A stretch of 64,000 bases of DNA, taken from assembly GCA_051531975.1 (NCBI GenBank), contig JAOPTT010000010.1, positions 32,001 through 96,000 on the forward strand. Direction: 5' to 3'. The notes below the pieces were generated by a model. That model searched no databases. It worked only from the letters and a program-made list of their open reading frames with translations, and was not told the DNA's origin. Origin of the DNA: Spirochaetaceae bacterium (GTDB taxonomy: Bacteria; Spirochaetota; Spirochaetia; DSM-2461). Numbering within the stretch: position 1 is the stretch's first letter; each line of letters opens with the position of its first letter. Below are positions 31,033-41,478 of the stretch, piece by piece. The position numbers and the translations under genes are program-made.

Positions 31033-32814
31033 TTATTTCTCCTGGCTATTAAGATAAATGTCTATACCTTTTGCACCTGAGTGACCATTTGCGATAGCTG
31101 AAATAGCATCTTTTTTACTATTTGCAATATCTCCACCTGCAAAAATCTTTTTGTCTCCGGTTTGCTTAAACTCATTAACTTCAACCATTCCCCAGTTAAA
31201 CTTAATTTTATTTGCAATTTCTTCTGGTAAGAACTCATAATTTGCTTTTTGTCCAATAGCTGGAATAATTGTATCACACTCTATACACTCTTCACTACCC
31301 TCAATCTTCACTGGTCTAGGTCTTCCACCCTTAGGATCTGGAACCATTTCTGCCATGGCATAATATAGTTTAAGTCTGGTTTTATCACCTTTTTCTACTC
31401 TTAGCGGAATAGCTTGAGTAATAATGTCACAGCCCTCTCCCTGACTCTCATGAATCTCTTCTACATCAGCTGGCATATCTACGATTCTACGTCTATATAA
31501 AACAGTTACATCGGCCTTGAAACGTCTACTTGTTCTTGCTGCATCCATGGCAACATTTCCACCACCAACAACTACAACAGAACCACCAATATCAGGAGCC
31601 TGTCCACCTGTTACATCGTCTAATATTTTTAAACCGTTAATAACACCTGGTAGATCCTCTCCGGGAATATCTAGACCATAAGGAATAGTTAAACCTGTTG
31701 AGAAATAAATAGCATCGAAGTGTTCATATAATTCTTTAAAATCTTTATCTACTCCAATTCTTACTTTCTGCTCTATTTTTACACCTAAACCTTCAATGTA
31801 AGTTATGTCTTTATCAATCTGATCATAAGGAAGTCTATATTCAGGAATACCATAACGTAACATTCCACCAGCTTTATCGTTACCATCAAAAACTGTTACA
31901 CCATAACCTAATAATCTTAGATAATAAGCAGCTCCTAAACCACCAGGTCCTGAACCTATTACAGCGATATTTTTGCCATTGTCTGGTTCACATGCCTGAA
32001 GACTCTTGTGATAATCTTTTTGATATATCTGGTCAACTATGTATCTTTTTAACCAACGTATAGAAAGTGCTTCACCTTTATGTTTCATTACACATACATC
32101 TTCACATGAGTGGGAGCAAATTCGACCACAAGAAGCAGGTAGTGGATTAGATTCATAGACAATTCTTAAACCATCTTCTATATCACCACTTCTAATTGCA
32201 GCAATATAACCTGGAACATCCATATGAGCCGGACATGTTGCAACACAAATTCCACATGATACACAACGATCTGCTTCTCTAATCGCCTGGTCCTTACTAT
32301 AACCATAAACCATTTCTATAAAGCTATGTTTACTCTCTTCAAAAGGCATCATTGGCATTTCTACTCTAACACCATCTAATAGGTCGTAACCTTCTGAACG
32401 TCTATAACCTTTTTCTGAGTTATCCCAACTTTTTTTATCTACTCCTGGAGTAAATCTAAAAACTTCAGGGTCTGCATCTATCCATATATATTCGTTACTC
32501 ATACCTAAAGATGATGTTGGACAAACATCTACACATAGGGCACACCAACAACATCTACCATAATCTATATTTGGTCTTAAACCAGAGTCACCATCTTTAG
32601 TCTCTATTCCATCTACTGGAATAATATCTATAGCATTGTTTTGACAGATCTCTTCGCAGGTTCCACAACCGATACATTTTTCTGTGTCATTAATATGGAA
32701 ACCTCGGTATCTATCTGATCCAGGTCTAGTTACAATTGGGTTCTTTTGTGTATAAGGCTTTTCTAGGGCTCTGCTCCAAACCATAAATGGAGCTGCAATA
32801 TCTTTTAAACTCAT
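31033..32814 (-). CDS. MbxN/NuoI-like 2x[4Fe-4S] domain fused to GltD-like FAD/NAD(P)H oxidoreductase
   Basis: RYRGFH, CIGCGTCEEIC, CCWCALCVDVCP; then CVSCGICVATCP, CGRICSHSCE, GSGPGG, GGGNVAMD..YRR. Confidence 0.88.
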   Translation of the reverse strand: MSLKDIAAPFMVWSRALEKPYTQKNPIVTRPGSDRYRGFHINDTEKCIGCGTCEEICQNNAIDIIPVDGIETKDGDSGLRPNIDYGRCCWCALCVDVCPTSSLGMSNEYIWIDADPEVFRFTPGVDKKSWDNSEKGYRRSEGYDLLDGVRVEMPMMPFEESKHSFIEMVYGYSKDQAIREADRCVSCGICVATCPAHMDVPGYIAAIRSGDIEDGLRIVYESNPLPASCGRICSHSCEDVCVMKHKGEALSIRWLKRYIVDQIYQKDYHKSLQACEPDNGKNIAVIGSGPGGLGAAYYLRLLGYGVTVFDGNDKAGGMLRYGIPEYRLPYDQIDKDITYIEGLGVKIEQKVRIGVDKDFKELYEHFDAIYFSTGLTIPYGLDIPGEDLPGVINGLKILDDVTGGQAPDIGGSVVVVGGGNVAMDAARTSRRFKADVTVLYRRRIVDMPADVEEIHESQGEGCDIITQAIPLRVEKGDKTRLKLYYAMAEMVPDPKGGRPRPVKIEGSEECIECDTIIPAIGQKANYEFLPEEIANKIKFNWGMVEVNEFKQTGDKKIFAGGDIANSKKDAISAIANGHSGAKGIDIYLNSQEK

Positions 32815-32818
32815 CTTT

Positions 32819-34060
32819 CTACCTCTCTACTTCTGGTGGATATGTATGTAACGAAACCATTAATCCCGCTGTATCTGCAATGTTTCCACCAATAGAAAGG
32901 TGTTCCATTAAACTTACAGCATGGGTATAACTAGGACCACGAACATATATTCTTTGTGGAGTATCCGTACCATCTGTTTTCAGATAGTATCCATACTCAC
33001 CTCTAGTACATTCTGCTTTTTTATATATTTGGCCTTCAGGTACTTTCCAGTTTAGTACGTTAGGTAGCTTTGTAAAAAATTCACCTTTTTTAGGCATCTT
33101 ACTTAAAATCTGCCTAATCATATCAATACTCTGATACATCTCTTTTAACCGTACTTCGGCTCTTGTAAATGCATCTGAATCTTGACCAGTAATTACATCA
33201 AAATCTAGTTTATCGTACATTAAGTATGGTTCATCTTTTCTTAAGTCTCTTTTGAATCCAGCGGCTCTAGCGTTTGGGCCTGTAATTCCAAACTGATCTA
33301 CAATATCCGGGTGAATAATACCTAAACCTTTAGATCTCATTTTGAAAATAGCATTATGAAACATAGTTAGTTCAATATCATTTAACGTCTTCTCGCATGT
33401 ATCCATAGTATCTAAAACTCTACGTTCAAATCCATCTGTAAAGTCTGCTCTAACCCCACCTGGTAACATATACATATGGTATATTCTTCCACCAGTTAGT
33501 TCTTCGAACAGGTCTAAGATGTAATCTCTCATTGTTACAGTCCACTGCCCCTGGGTATTCATACCAAATGAACCACCTTGACCACCAAGCCACATGAAAA
33601 AACTTGCAAGTCTTGCCAATTCTAAGTTTAGTGTTCTAATCCATAAAGCCTTTTCTGGAACCTGGATTCCTGCTAACTCTTCTAAAGTAGCGGCAAACAG
33701 GTACTCGTTGAAGTCTGGTTCTGGTACAGCAACACGGCAAACAATTGGGAAACACTGCATAAACTTACGTCTCTCCATAAGTTTTTCGAAACCTCGATGA
33801 AGATATCCAATATGGGTTTTACACTCCATAATCTCATCTCCACAAACTGTAAGTTCTAAACTCATATTTCCAGTTATACCTGGGTGTTGTGGACCCTGCC
33901 AAATTTTTAAGTACTTTCCACTATCTAGGTCAAAAACTGCTTTACCATCAACAATTGGTGGAAGTTTTGGGTTATCATTTATATGCTCCTGGCTTCTTGT
34001 AAAAAGGTTAGGAACACCTTTTTCTACCATAGGCGATTTTTTTGATTTTTTCTCTACCAT
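32819..34060 (-). CDS. mbxL: MbxL/NuoD-like large subunit without NiFe motifs
   Basis: GPQHP, GYLHRGFEKL, RGEYG, RGPS, PPEVER. Confidence 0.85.
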   Translation of the reverse strand: MVEKKSKKSPMVEKGVPNLFTRSQEHINDNPKLPPIVDGKAVFDLDSGKYLKIWQGPQHPGITGNMSLELTVCGDEIMECKTHIGYLHRGFEKLMERRKFMQCFPIVCRVAVPEPDFNEYLFAATLEELAGIQVPEKALWIRTLNLELARLASFFMWLGGQGGSFGMNTQGQWTVTMRDYILDLFEELTGGRIYHMYMLPGGVRADFTDGFERRVLDTMDTCEKTLNDIELTMFHNAIFKMRSKGLGIIHPDIVDQFGITGPNARAAGFKRDLRKDEPYLMYDKLDFDVITGQDSDAFTRAEVRLKEMYQSIDMIRQILSKMPKKGEFFTKLPNVLNWKVPEGQIYKKAECTRGEYGYYLKTDGTDTPQRIYVRGPSYTHAVSLMEHLSIGGNIADTAGLMVSLHTYPPEVER

Positions 34061-34599
34061 TTTTCAGCCTCACTAGGATACATTTTTTCTCTCATATACT
34101 CAGTTGGATCGTATGTTTTTCTACCTGGTCGTTCATAAAATGTCTCTTCAGAGAACTTTTTAGTATCAAAATCCTTTCTCATAGGAGGTATATCTTCCCA
34201 ACCTTCTAGGCAAAAGTTCTCGTTAACACCTGGGGATCCAGGGAAATCTACACCGTACATCTCTCTTAGTTCCCTCTGGTATGTTGCAGCTGCAGGCCAT
34301 AAGTAGTGGATACTATCCATAGTTGCATTTTCACGGTCTATAGATACAAGAACTGCGATATCGTGATTAAATTTATAGCTATGTAACATATAAATCAGAT
34401 CAAACTCCCCTCTCTCTATGTGGTCTATTGCCGTAAAAAAGGAGAGATGGGCATAGGATTCAACTTTTTGTAGATTTGAAATTAATGCTATAGCTTTATC
34501 TTTTTTTACACGAATATACGCCTGAGTAGGGTTTTTAACTTCTAACCCAAAGGTTTCATATCCATGTTCTAATCTATTAAATAATTCTGATCTGTCCAT
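34054..34599 (-). CDS. mbxK: MbxK/NuoC-like subunit
   Basis: YQRELREMYGVDFPG, PPMRKDF. Confidence 0.85.
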   Translation of the reverse strand: MDRSELFNRLEHGYETFGLEVKNPTQAYIRVKKDKAIALISNLQKVESYAHLSFFTAIDHIERGEFDLIYMLHSYKFNHDIAVLVSIDRENATMDSIHYLWPAAATYQRELREMYGVDFPGSPGVNENFCLEGWEDIPPMRKDFDTKKFSEETFYERPGRKTYDPTEYMREKMYPSEAEKW

Positions 34600-34607
34600 A
34601 TCTCTCC

Positions 34608-35357
34608 CTACCAGTTATAGTCTGGCATATTCCAGTCTTTTATAATTCGTTTTTGGTTTGCTTTATACCACTCAAAGTTCTGAGCATATTTATTTGCACC
34701 TTCACCATTACCAGCTTTTATTATTTTTTTAAGTTCCATAAAACCGGCTAATAAAGCTTCTGGCCTTGGCATACACCCAGCAATATAAACATCAACAGGT
34801 ATATAGTGGTCGATTCTGTTTACTGTGTTATAAGAATCCCAATACATTCCACCGTTAATGGTGCAGCTACCTAAAGCAATAACAAACTTAGGTCCCTGCA
34901 TCTCCTCGTAACTTCTAACTATTCGTTTCATTGTTTTAACAGATGCATAACCACCAATAACAAATACACTAGATTGCCTTGGGGTTGGTCTTGGCTGAAT
35001 ACCATACTGGTACATATCAAACCGACTAGTCATTAATGGTCTTAATTCTATTGCACCACAACCGGTACCAAAACCTAAAACCCATAAAGACTCACTTCTA
35101 GCCCAGTTTAAAAAGTTCTCCCAGAAACCTCTAAAAGGTTTAATAACATCTGGAGCCTGGTCACAGAAGTTATCTCTATCTTCAGGAGCTAAACCTTCAT
35201 TTTTAAGTGTCAGCTGCTCTGTAAAAAGTTTTAATTGCTCGCCTGCAGTTAGATTATCTGACATTTCACCGCCAGGAATTGTTCTAGGATCAGGATTTGC
35301 AACTGGGCAGCCATCTGGGGCACCCTTGTCTGCATATTTTCTTTCTAAGTCACTCAT
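34608..35357 (-). CDS. mbxJ: MbxJ/NuoB-like Fe-S subunit
   Basis: TGCGAIE, GSCTINGG, PVDVYIAGCMPRPE. Confidence 0.88.
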   Translation of the reverse strand: MSDLERKYADKGAPDGCPVANPDPRTIPGGEMSDNLTAGEQLKLFTEQLTLKNEGLAPEDRDNFCDQAPDVIKPFRGFWENFLNWARSESLWVLGFGTGCGAIELRPLMTSRFDMYQYGIQPRPTPRQSSVFVIGGYASVKTMKRIVRSYEEMQGPKFVIALGSCTINGGMYWDSYNTVNRIDHYIPVDVYIAGCMPRPEALLAGFMELKKIIKAGNGEGANKYAQNFEWYKANQKRIIKDWNMPDYNW

Positions 35358-35366
35358 TTATATCTC

Positions 35367-36299
35367 CTAAACACTCTGTAATACTACTGCGGCAATACCT
35401 ATAATTGTAGGTACTCCAAGGAAAAATCGTATTGACTGTTCTGTTTTAAACCTAGGGAAACTAGCCCCTACTAGATTTACATATAGGTAGATTAAAAATG
35501 TTTTTGCAACCATTATTAATATAGCAATTAAAACATATTTATGTGTTGCTCCACCCCAGAAAAGGTTCATGAATAGAACCATTTTTGCTCCATTAAATAT
35601 TGCTCTATTTGTTTGTAACATACCTAAGAAGCTTGACTGCATCTCAGTTGGAGGTCCTATTGGGATCTCCTGTGGTGCTATAACAACAGAAAATGGATTA
35701 CCCATACTCATTCCTAAAAATGCTAACATTCCGGAAATCATTGCTAGAGGGTTTGTAAATGCTACCCAGTTTTGGAATCCTCCCTGCTGAGCTGCTACAA
35801 TTTCTGTAATAGATAAAGTACCATATTGTGCTGCAATTGAAATTATTGCTAAAGCAAAAGGAAGTTCAAATGCTGTCATCTGAGCTAAACCTCTACCTAC
35901 TCCTAATGGAGCGTAAGGGTGTCCACTTTGACCAGCACCTAAAGCCATACCTAATTGGCCAAAAAATATAAAATACATTACAAGAATTAGATCTCCAGAG
36001 AAGGAGAGATTCTCAAACATAACAAAACCAAAAACTACAGGCATAAATAGATATGTACCTAAGCCTCCTGCAAGTCTAAATACAGGGCCTAAATAGAACA
36101 TTATACCGTGGGATATCCCAGTTCTTTTGGCATTGTTTTTTATAATATCAATATATGGCTGCCATATAGGCTGCCCAATTCTTCCCTGGACCTTAGCTCG
36201 AATCCGAGCCATAGTACCAATTAGAAGAAGTGCATAGTTAAGTATTACCATTAAAGAGATAAATAGATATAATCCCTTAGTTAAAATTTGTTGTAACAT
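35367..36299 (-). CDS. mbxM: MbxM/NuoH-like membrane subunit
   Basis: AKVQGRIG.PIWQPYIDIIK, PQEI..GP.TE, PRFK. Confidence 0.85.
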   Translation of the reverse strand: MLQQILTKGLYLFISLMVILNYALLLIGTMARIRAKVQGRIGQPIWQPYIDIIKNNAKRTGISHGIMFYLGPVFRLAGGLGTYLFMPVVFGFVMFENLSFSGDLILVMYFIFFGQLGMALGAGQSGHPYAPLGVGRGLAQMTAFELPFALAIISIAAQYGTLSITEIVAAQQGGFQNWVAFTNPLAMISGMLAFLGMSMGNPFSVVIAPQEIPIGPPTEMQSSFLGMLQTNRAIFNGAKMVLFMNLFWGGATHKYVLIAILIMVAKTFLIYLYVNLVGASFPRFKTEQSIRFFLGVPTIIGIAAVVLQSV

Positions 36300-39200
36300 T
36301 AAGCCTGACCTCCCAAAATAACAAAGATAAATATAAGATATAGAACTATCTGGAACATATAACCCTGAGGGTTACCACTATTCCATCTTCTTAATCCTCC
36401 AGAAATTGTATGTACAATGTTACTAGAGGTATCCCAAAATCGTCTTGCCCATGGATCAACTAAGAAACCTAGTGCTTTTTGATAATGACCAAAGAAATTA
36501 TATGCATAATGAGTTGTCTCAGGTTTATCTGGTCTCTCAGATGCAAATACAATGTTAAACTGTTTAACCTTTGTAATATTAGTGTTCATAACTAATAACC
36601 AGATTAATGGAACTGCAAAAACACCCATAACTACGTACATTACAGCATTACCATTCCAGTAACCCATTGATGTAATTACTTCGTAACCATTCCACTCTAT
36701 TGTACTAGCAAAATATGGTGTTATAATTTCTTGTAGAGGTTTAAGTATTAAGTTAGGGTACATTGAAAATGCCATAACAATAATAAAGAAGATATACTGA
36801 GGTATTAAGAATACAATTGGTGCTTCTTTTATCTCTCTGTAAATACCTTTTTCTTGACCTAAGAAAATAGCGTGTATAAGTCTAAACAAGTATAGGAATG
36901 CTACACCAGAAGCAAACATAGCTAATGCTGCTTGTAGGTACCAACCTTTCTCTAATAGAGCACTGTAAATTAACCACTTTGCTCCAAAACCAGATAGAGG
37001 TGGAACACCTGATAACGCGATAATTCCAACTAATACACTAATAAAACTAAGGGGCATTCTTTTTATTAAACCACCCATCTGGTACATAAATCTAGTTCCA
37101 GTTCGGTATACAACACCTGCAATTGCTATAAATAACATTCCCTTAATCATTGTATGGGTAACAGCTAGATAAAGACTACTCATCCAACCTAAATGGCTCA
37201 TAACTGCAAAACCTAGCACCATGTAACCAACTTGTCCCATAGAAGAATAAGCCAATGTATATTTAATATCTTCTTGGAATAGAGCCATCATAGAACCAGC
37301 TACTGCTGTAATTGCTCCAATCCAACCTATTATATAGATAAAATCTAAACCTCTAAAGTTACCCATTGCTGGTATGAGGTTTTCAGCAAAAAATGATCCA
37401 CCTAAGAACAGTAGAAATAGTCCTGCTTTACTTAAAATAGTAGAGAATAGTGATGAAACATCATCCTCAGCCTCGGCGTATGTAACAGGTAACCAGATGT
37501 GGAAACCAATATTTCCCATTTTAATCAGGGCACCTAAACTTATTAATATTTTAGCAGCTAAGAAGTTTCCTTCAGCTCCAAAAGCGTCACCAATATAAAC
37601 ATTTCCTAATAGAGTTAAACCAGCTAATAAAGTAAAAGCTGAACCTAAAGAGAATATAATATAACGTAGTCCACCAGCAGAAGCTTTGTTACCTCGGCTC
37701 ATTAAGAAGTAGGAAGTTAGTGTCATCATCTCCCAACCAAAGAACAGTCCAAAGTTTGAGTTACTAACTAAAATAGTTCCTAAAGAGACAATTAGCCCCA
37801 TAATCATGGCCATTAAGCCAGGAGTACGTCCTTTTCTATTTAAGAATATAATTAACTGTACAAGTGTACCAATTATGAAAATGGCACCAAATACAATTTT
37901 AATCCCCTGTAGCTGTGGTAATAATATCCAGCCGTAATAAGCTGTGGCAGCTATGGATAAAATTACTTGTATTTTTGTAGGAACCCTTAATAGGTCTAAT
38001 AGACCAAAGGCGATAACCACAACAAATGGTATAAACAGAATAGCTGAAAGACCTACTTGAATATTGTAATAATAACCAACAACAAATAGTGAAACTGCCA
38101 TTAGACCTAGAAATAACTGAGTCCATGTAAAAGCTTTTTTATCAACAATTACTTTTTTAGCACCATCGATTCCAGCTAAAACTGTTTGTGGAGCCTCACC
38201 AATAACATCCGTAGATTTATATACTGGTTTATTAGCAACATTATCTGCTGGAACTTCCTCTTCTAAAGTAGTTCCTTTGTCTTCAGGATGTCTAATTTTT
38301 TTACTAAACCATCTAAATAGATATACACCTTCTAAAAGTGATCCTGATAAAATGATAAACATTAACAGATACTGATCGCTATTAGCTAAATACTGTATAA
38401 TAGAATATTTTGCACCAAATGCAGGGAATGGAGGTAAACCTATTAGTGTAACAATAAATATTGCTGCTAATATTAGTAAAAATGGTCTATTTCGTCCCGA
38501 TTCAACTACTGAACCATTAAATCCTGTATTTTTTTCATCAAAATATTTTCCAACAAAAAATAGTCCAGTTTTACCAACACTGTGGCTTAATAGTAGAATT
38601 ATAGCTGGGAAAATAGCATTACTTCCTAGACTTAAAACTATTAAAACAAGACCAATTTGAGCAGACGATGAATAACCTAACATCTTCTTAAATGATGTCT
38701 GGCTCAGAGCCTGTATCTGAGAAACAATAAAGGTTAATCCACCTACTGTTAATAACATTGGTAACATAAGAGCTGGGTTTACTAAAGCAAACATTTTGGT
38801 TAAAACCATTAAAAATGCTGTTGCCTGAATCCCACTCATCATAGCACCCATAGAGTGATCCGCAGCTTCGTAGGTATCCATTGCCCAACCATTTGCTAAG
38901 GCTGGTTTTAACTCTATCAATAGACCAGTAATAATAAATACTGGCCATAATAGACCTATTGGTCCTGCAGACAGATCAACATTAGCAGGAATTGCATCTA
39001 GGTTAAGTGTTCCAGCTAATAGATAAAATAGTCCAATACCTATTAGATAAAATACAGAGGATAATCCAGTGGCTAACATGTATTTAAAACCACCCTCAAA
39101 TACTCTCTGATCTTTAGCTGTACTTAATAGTCCAAAAAGAGAGATAGATGATATTTCCATAAATACAAAGATATTAAATAGGTCTCTAGTTATTACTAAA

Positions 39201-39568
39201 CCGTTAGCACCTAATAATAGAACAGCAAACAAAATAATCTGTTTACCTTTCCAGGCATCGGTTTTACTAAAAATTAACTGGGATATAACAAACAGACCTA
39301 AGCTGTTTATTACAGTTAATATAGTTGCTTCGTATATTCCAACTGCAACGTTAATAGTTAAGAAACTTGGAAGTCCCGCTGTTCCCATATAAACAAATCC
39401 AGGTTCACCAGTTAAAATATTAAATAACCATAAAGCCGGAATAGCTGCCATTGCAGAAAAAACTATAACTGTTGCTAATTTACCAACACCTATGTGAATC
39501 TTTTCAAATAGAGGAAATATAAATGCAAAGCCCAAGGCAAGGGCTAAAAGAATTAAAGGGTTTACCAT
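36299..39568 (-). CDS. Fused double antiporter-like subunit (two MrpD/NuoL-M-N-type modules; MbxH-H')
   Basis: Two modules: DLFNIFVFME/LAYSS-like/GLPPF and GWEMM/HIWLP/LAYSS/GVPPLSGF; GTG start. Confidence 0.85.
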   Translation of the reverse strand: MVNPLILLALALGFAFIFPLFEKIHIGVGKLATVIVFSAMAAIPALWLFNILTGEPGFVYMGTAGLPSFLTINVAVGIYEATILTVINSLGLFVISQLIFSKTDAWKGKQIILFAVLLLGANGLVITRDLFNIFVFMEISSISLFGLLSTAKDQRVFEGGFKYMLATGLSSVFYLIGIGLFYLLAGTLNLDAIPANVDLSAGPIGLLWPVFIITGLLIELKPALANGWAMDTYEAADHSMGAMMSGIQATAFLMVLTKMFALVNPALMLPMLLTVGGLTFIVSQIQALSQTSFKKMLGYSSSAQIGLVLIVLSLGSNAIFPAIILLLSHSVGKTGLFFVGKYFDEKNTGFNGSVVESGRNRPFLLILAAIFIVTLIGLPPFPAFGAKYSIIQYLANSDQYLLMFIILSGSLLEGVYLFRWFSKKIRHPEDKGTTLEEEVPADNVANKPVYKSTDVIGEAPQTVLAGIDGAKKVIVDKKAFTWTQLFLGLMAVSLFVVGYYYNIQVGLSAILFIPFVVVIAFGLLDLLRVPTKIQVILSIAATAYYGWILLPQLQGIKIVFGAIFIIGTLVQLIIFLNRKGRTPGLMAMIMGLIVSLGTILVSNSNFGLFFGWEMMTLTSYFLMSRGNKASAGGLRYIIFSLGSAFTLLAGLTLLGNVYIGDAFGAEGNFLAAKILISLGALIKMGNIGFHIWLPVTYAEAEDDVSSLFSTILSKAGLFLLFLGGSFFAENLIPAMGNFRGLDFIYIIGWIGAITAVAGSMMALFQEDIKYTLAYSSMGQVGYMVLGFAVMSHLGWMSSLYLAVTHTMIKGMLFIAIAGVVYRTGTRFMYQMGGLIKRMPLSFISVLVGIIALSGVPPLSGFGAKWLIYSALLEKGWYLQAALAMFASGVAFLYLFRLIHAIFLGQEKGIYREIKEAPIVFLIPQYIFFIIVMAFSMYPNLILKPLQEIITPYFASTIEWNGYEVITSMGYWNGNAVMYVVMGVFAVPLIWLLVMNTNITKVKQFNIVFASERPDKPETTHYAYNFFGHYQKALGFLVDPWARRFWDTSSNIVHTISGGLRRWNSGNPQGYMFQIVLYLIFIFVILGGQA

Positions 39569-39921
39569 TTGAGCTCCTTTGCTTTATCTATCATTAAACT
39601 TTTATTTCGTTTAGCCAGTCTAACTGCATAACTTAACATTAAAGCGGTTACTGCTAAACCAATTACAATAGCTGTTAAAACTAGTGCTGAAGGTATTGGG
39701 TCTACAGCTTTTTCTAACGCCTGGGCTACCTGCAAATCCCCGTCAAATATAGGTGCTGTTCCATCTTTTCTGTAACCTATAGCTACTAGAAACATATGAA
39801 TACCAGTATCTAAAATTGAAAATCCAAGAATTATTTTTACAATATTTCTACGGGTTAAAAGAGCCCATAAACCAACTAGAACTAAAATCCCAGCTAATAT
39901 ATATAAATATGTTGTCATCAT
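39562..39921 (-). CDS. mnhC: MbxG/MrpC (MnhC) subunit
   Basis: DPIPSALVLTAIVIG. Confidence 0.9.
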   Translation of the reverse strand: MMTTYLYILAGILVLVGLWALLTRRNIVKIILGFSILDTGIHMFLVAIGYRKDGTAPIFDGDLQVAQALEKAVDPIPSALVLTAIVIGLAVTALMLSYAVRLAKRNKSLMIDKAKELKW

Positions 39922-40607
39922 GAATAACTCCTCATGCCATCTATTAATCCTGACATCTCAGATCCAACTTTTATACCAACTAATGAGTAGATAACAGGTA
40001 TTGCTCCTGCACTAAATAGTGAACCAAACTCTCCCATTGGTAAAAATCTTGGATCAAGGAATCCACCTGCTAACCATAAACCTAGTAGACCAACAGCAAC
40101 ATAAGAAACACCAGCGAGTCCTTCTAAGAAGCTAATTAAACTATGGTTAAGTCCTTTTAGTGTTCCACCAAATAGAGCCAAAATTACACCGGAAGCGATA
40201 ATAACTCCACCTTGGAAACCACCACCAGGGGATATGTGTCCAAATACAAAAATATAGATACCAAAAACAAATATTAGAGGTAGTAGAACCATTGCACCTG
40301 TTTCTAATATCTCAGAAGGAGAGTCACCTTCCTCTTCTCTTTTTTTACCATGGAATTGGGAGAAAACAAGTGCGACACCAGCTGCTGCTGCAAATAGTAC
40401 TGTAACCTCACCTAATGTATCTAAACCACGATATGTAACAACTACTGCTGTTACTAAGTTTGGAGCTCCTAAATCTGCAGCACCGTTAACTAGGTACTCT
40501 TTTGCAAGATCTCCAACATCATTTCTCTCGTATATTACATTTGCTAAAGGAAAAAATAGTGAGGCAAAAATAATCAATAATACAATTGTGAATACTCTTT
40601 TAATCAT
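39918..40607 (-). CDS. mnhB: MbxE-F/MrpB (MnhB) subunit
   Basis: NLVTAVVVTYRGLDTLGE; GHISPGGGFQGG. Confidence 0.88.
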   Translation of the reverse strand: MIKRVFTIVLLIIFASLFFPLANVIYERNDVGDLAKEYLVNGAADLGAPNLVTAVVVTYRGLDTLGEVTVLFAAAAGVALVFSQFHGKKREEEGDSPSEILETGAMVLLPLIFVFGIYIFVFGHISPGGGFQGGVIIASGVILALFGGTLKGLNHSLISFLEGLAGVSYVAVGLLGLWLAGGFLDPRFLPMGEFGSLFSAGAIPVIYSLVGIKVGSEMSGLIDGMRSYS

Positions 40608-40866
40608 TTTTTTCCTCCTTTTTCTCTTTTTCTACATTTTTTACTCTAAACCAGGCAAAAAGGAATACAACAGTAGTTAATGCAGAACCAATAGATGCCT
40701 CTGTCATTGCAACATCTGGTGCACCATAAATTAGGTATAAAACCGATGCTAATAGAGAAACTGCACCAGCTGCTATTATAGAACTAACCATATCTTTTAG
40801 TTGAATTGCTAAAATAGCAGAAATTACTACCATTACTGATAAAACAATTAATATTATACTAATCAC
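40600..40866 (-). CDS. MbxD/MbhD-like subunit (DUF4040)
   Basis: APDVAMTEASIG. Confidence 0.88.
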   Translation of the reverse strand: MISIILIVLSVMVVISAILAIQLKDMVSSIIAAGAVSLLASVLYLIYGAPDVAMTEASIGSALTTVVFLFAWFRVKNVEKEKKEEKND

Positions 40867-41216
40867 TTTTTATCACCTCCATCTTTATACTCTCTAAGCT
40901 CATCTCTTGAAGGAATGTCCTTAGCATATTTTTTAAGAAGTGGATTTGAACCAATATAATGGGCGGCTCTAACTAAGGTATGTGAAGAGATTGGGTTAGT
41001 AAAAAATATAAATAGAACTAACAGTAAATATTTTGTCCAATCCGATGGGTTATACATAATAAAACCTAAAAAGATTAAAATACTACCAAGAGTAGAAGCT
41101 TTTGTTCCAGCTTGCATTCTGTTATATATATCTGGCATCCGAATTAATCCGATACTAGCCAAAAGCAAAAATATAGAACCTATTAAAATTACAACTGCTG
41201 CTATTATTTCAATCAT
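40863..41216 (-). CDS. mnhG: MbxC/MrpG (MnhG) subunit
   Basis: RMPDIYNRMQAGTKASTLG, TNPISSH. Confidence 0.9.
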   Translation of the reverse strand: MIEIIAAVVILIGSIFLLLASIGLIRMPDIYNRMQAGTKASTLGSILIFLGFIMYNPSDWTKYLLLVLFIFFTNPISSHTLVRAAHYIGSNPLLKKYAKDIPSRDELREYKDGGDKK

Positions 41217-41478
41217 CTAATCCTCCTCTTTCGGTATAACGGGCAAATGCTATAACACCTAAAAAGCTTAATAATCCGTATACTAGGGCAACATCTAAAT
41301 ATATAGACCGGCCTAATATGTGGGATATAAAAACTATTAAGGATATAGACATAATTGTTAGTGCATCAAACGCTACTACACGATTCAGGTAATCTGGACC
41401 TATAAGTAGACGTATAAACGTTATTGTCATTGCAAGTAGTAAAATTACACAGGCAACCATTAAAATTATATTAGCCAA
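41209..41478 (-). CDS. mnhF: MbxB/MrpF (MnhF) subunit
   Basis: GPDYLNRVVAFD, YLDVALVY. Confidence 0.88.
   Translation of the reverse strand: MANIILMVACVILLLAMTITFIRLLIGPDYLNRVVAFDALTIMSISLIVFISHILGRSIYLDVALVYGLLSFLGVIAFARYTERGGLDD

Noticed and set aside
28712..32814. Glutamate synthase
   Set aside because: No gltB large subunit; the nfnA partner indicates Nfn/Sud
32819..35357. Group 4 NiFe hydrogenase or canonical complex I
   Set aside because: No CxxC Ni ligands, no maturation genes, no NuoEFG; Mrp-type subunits present
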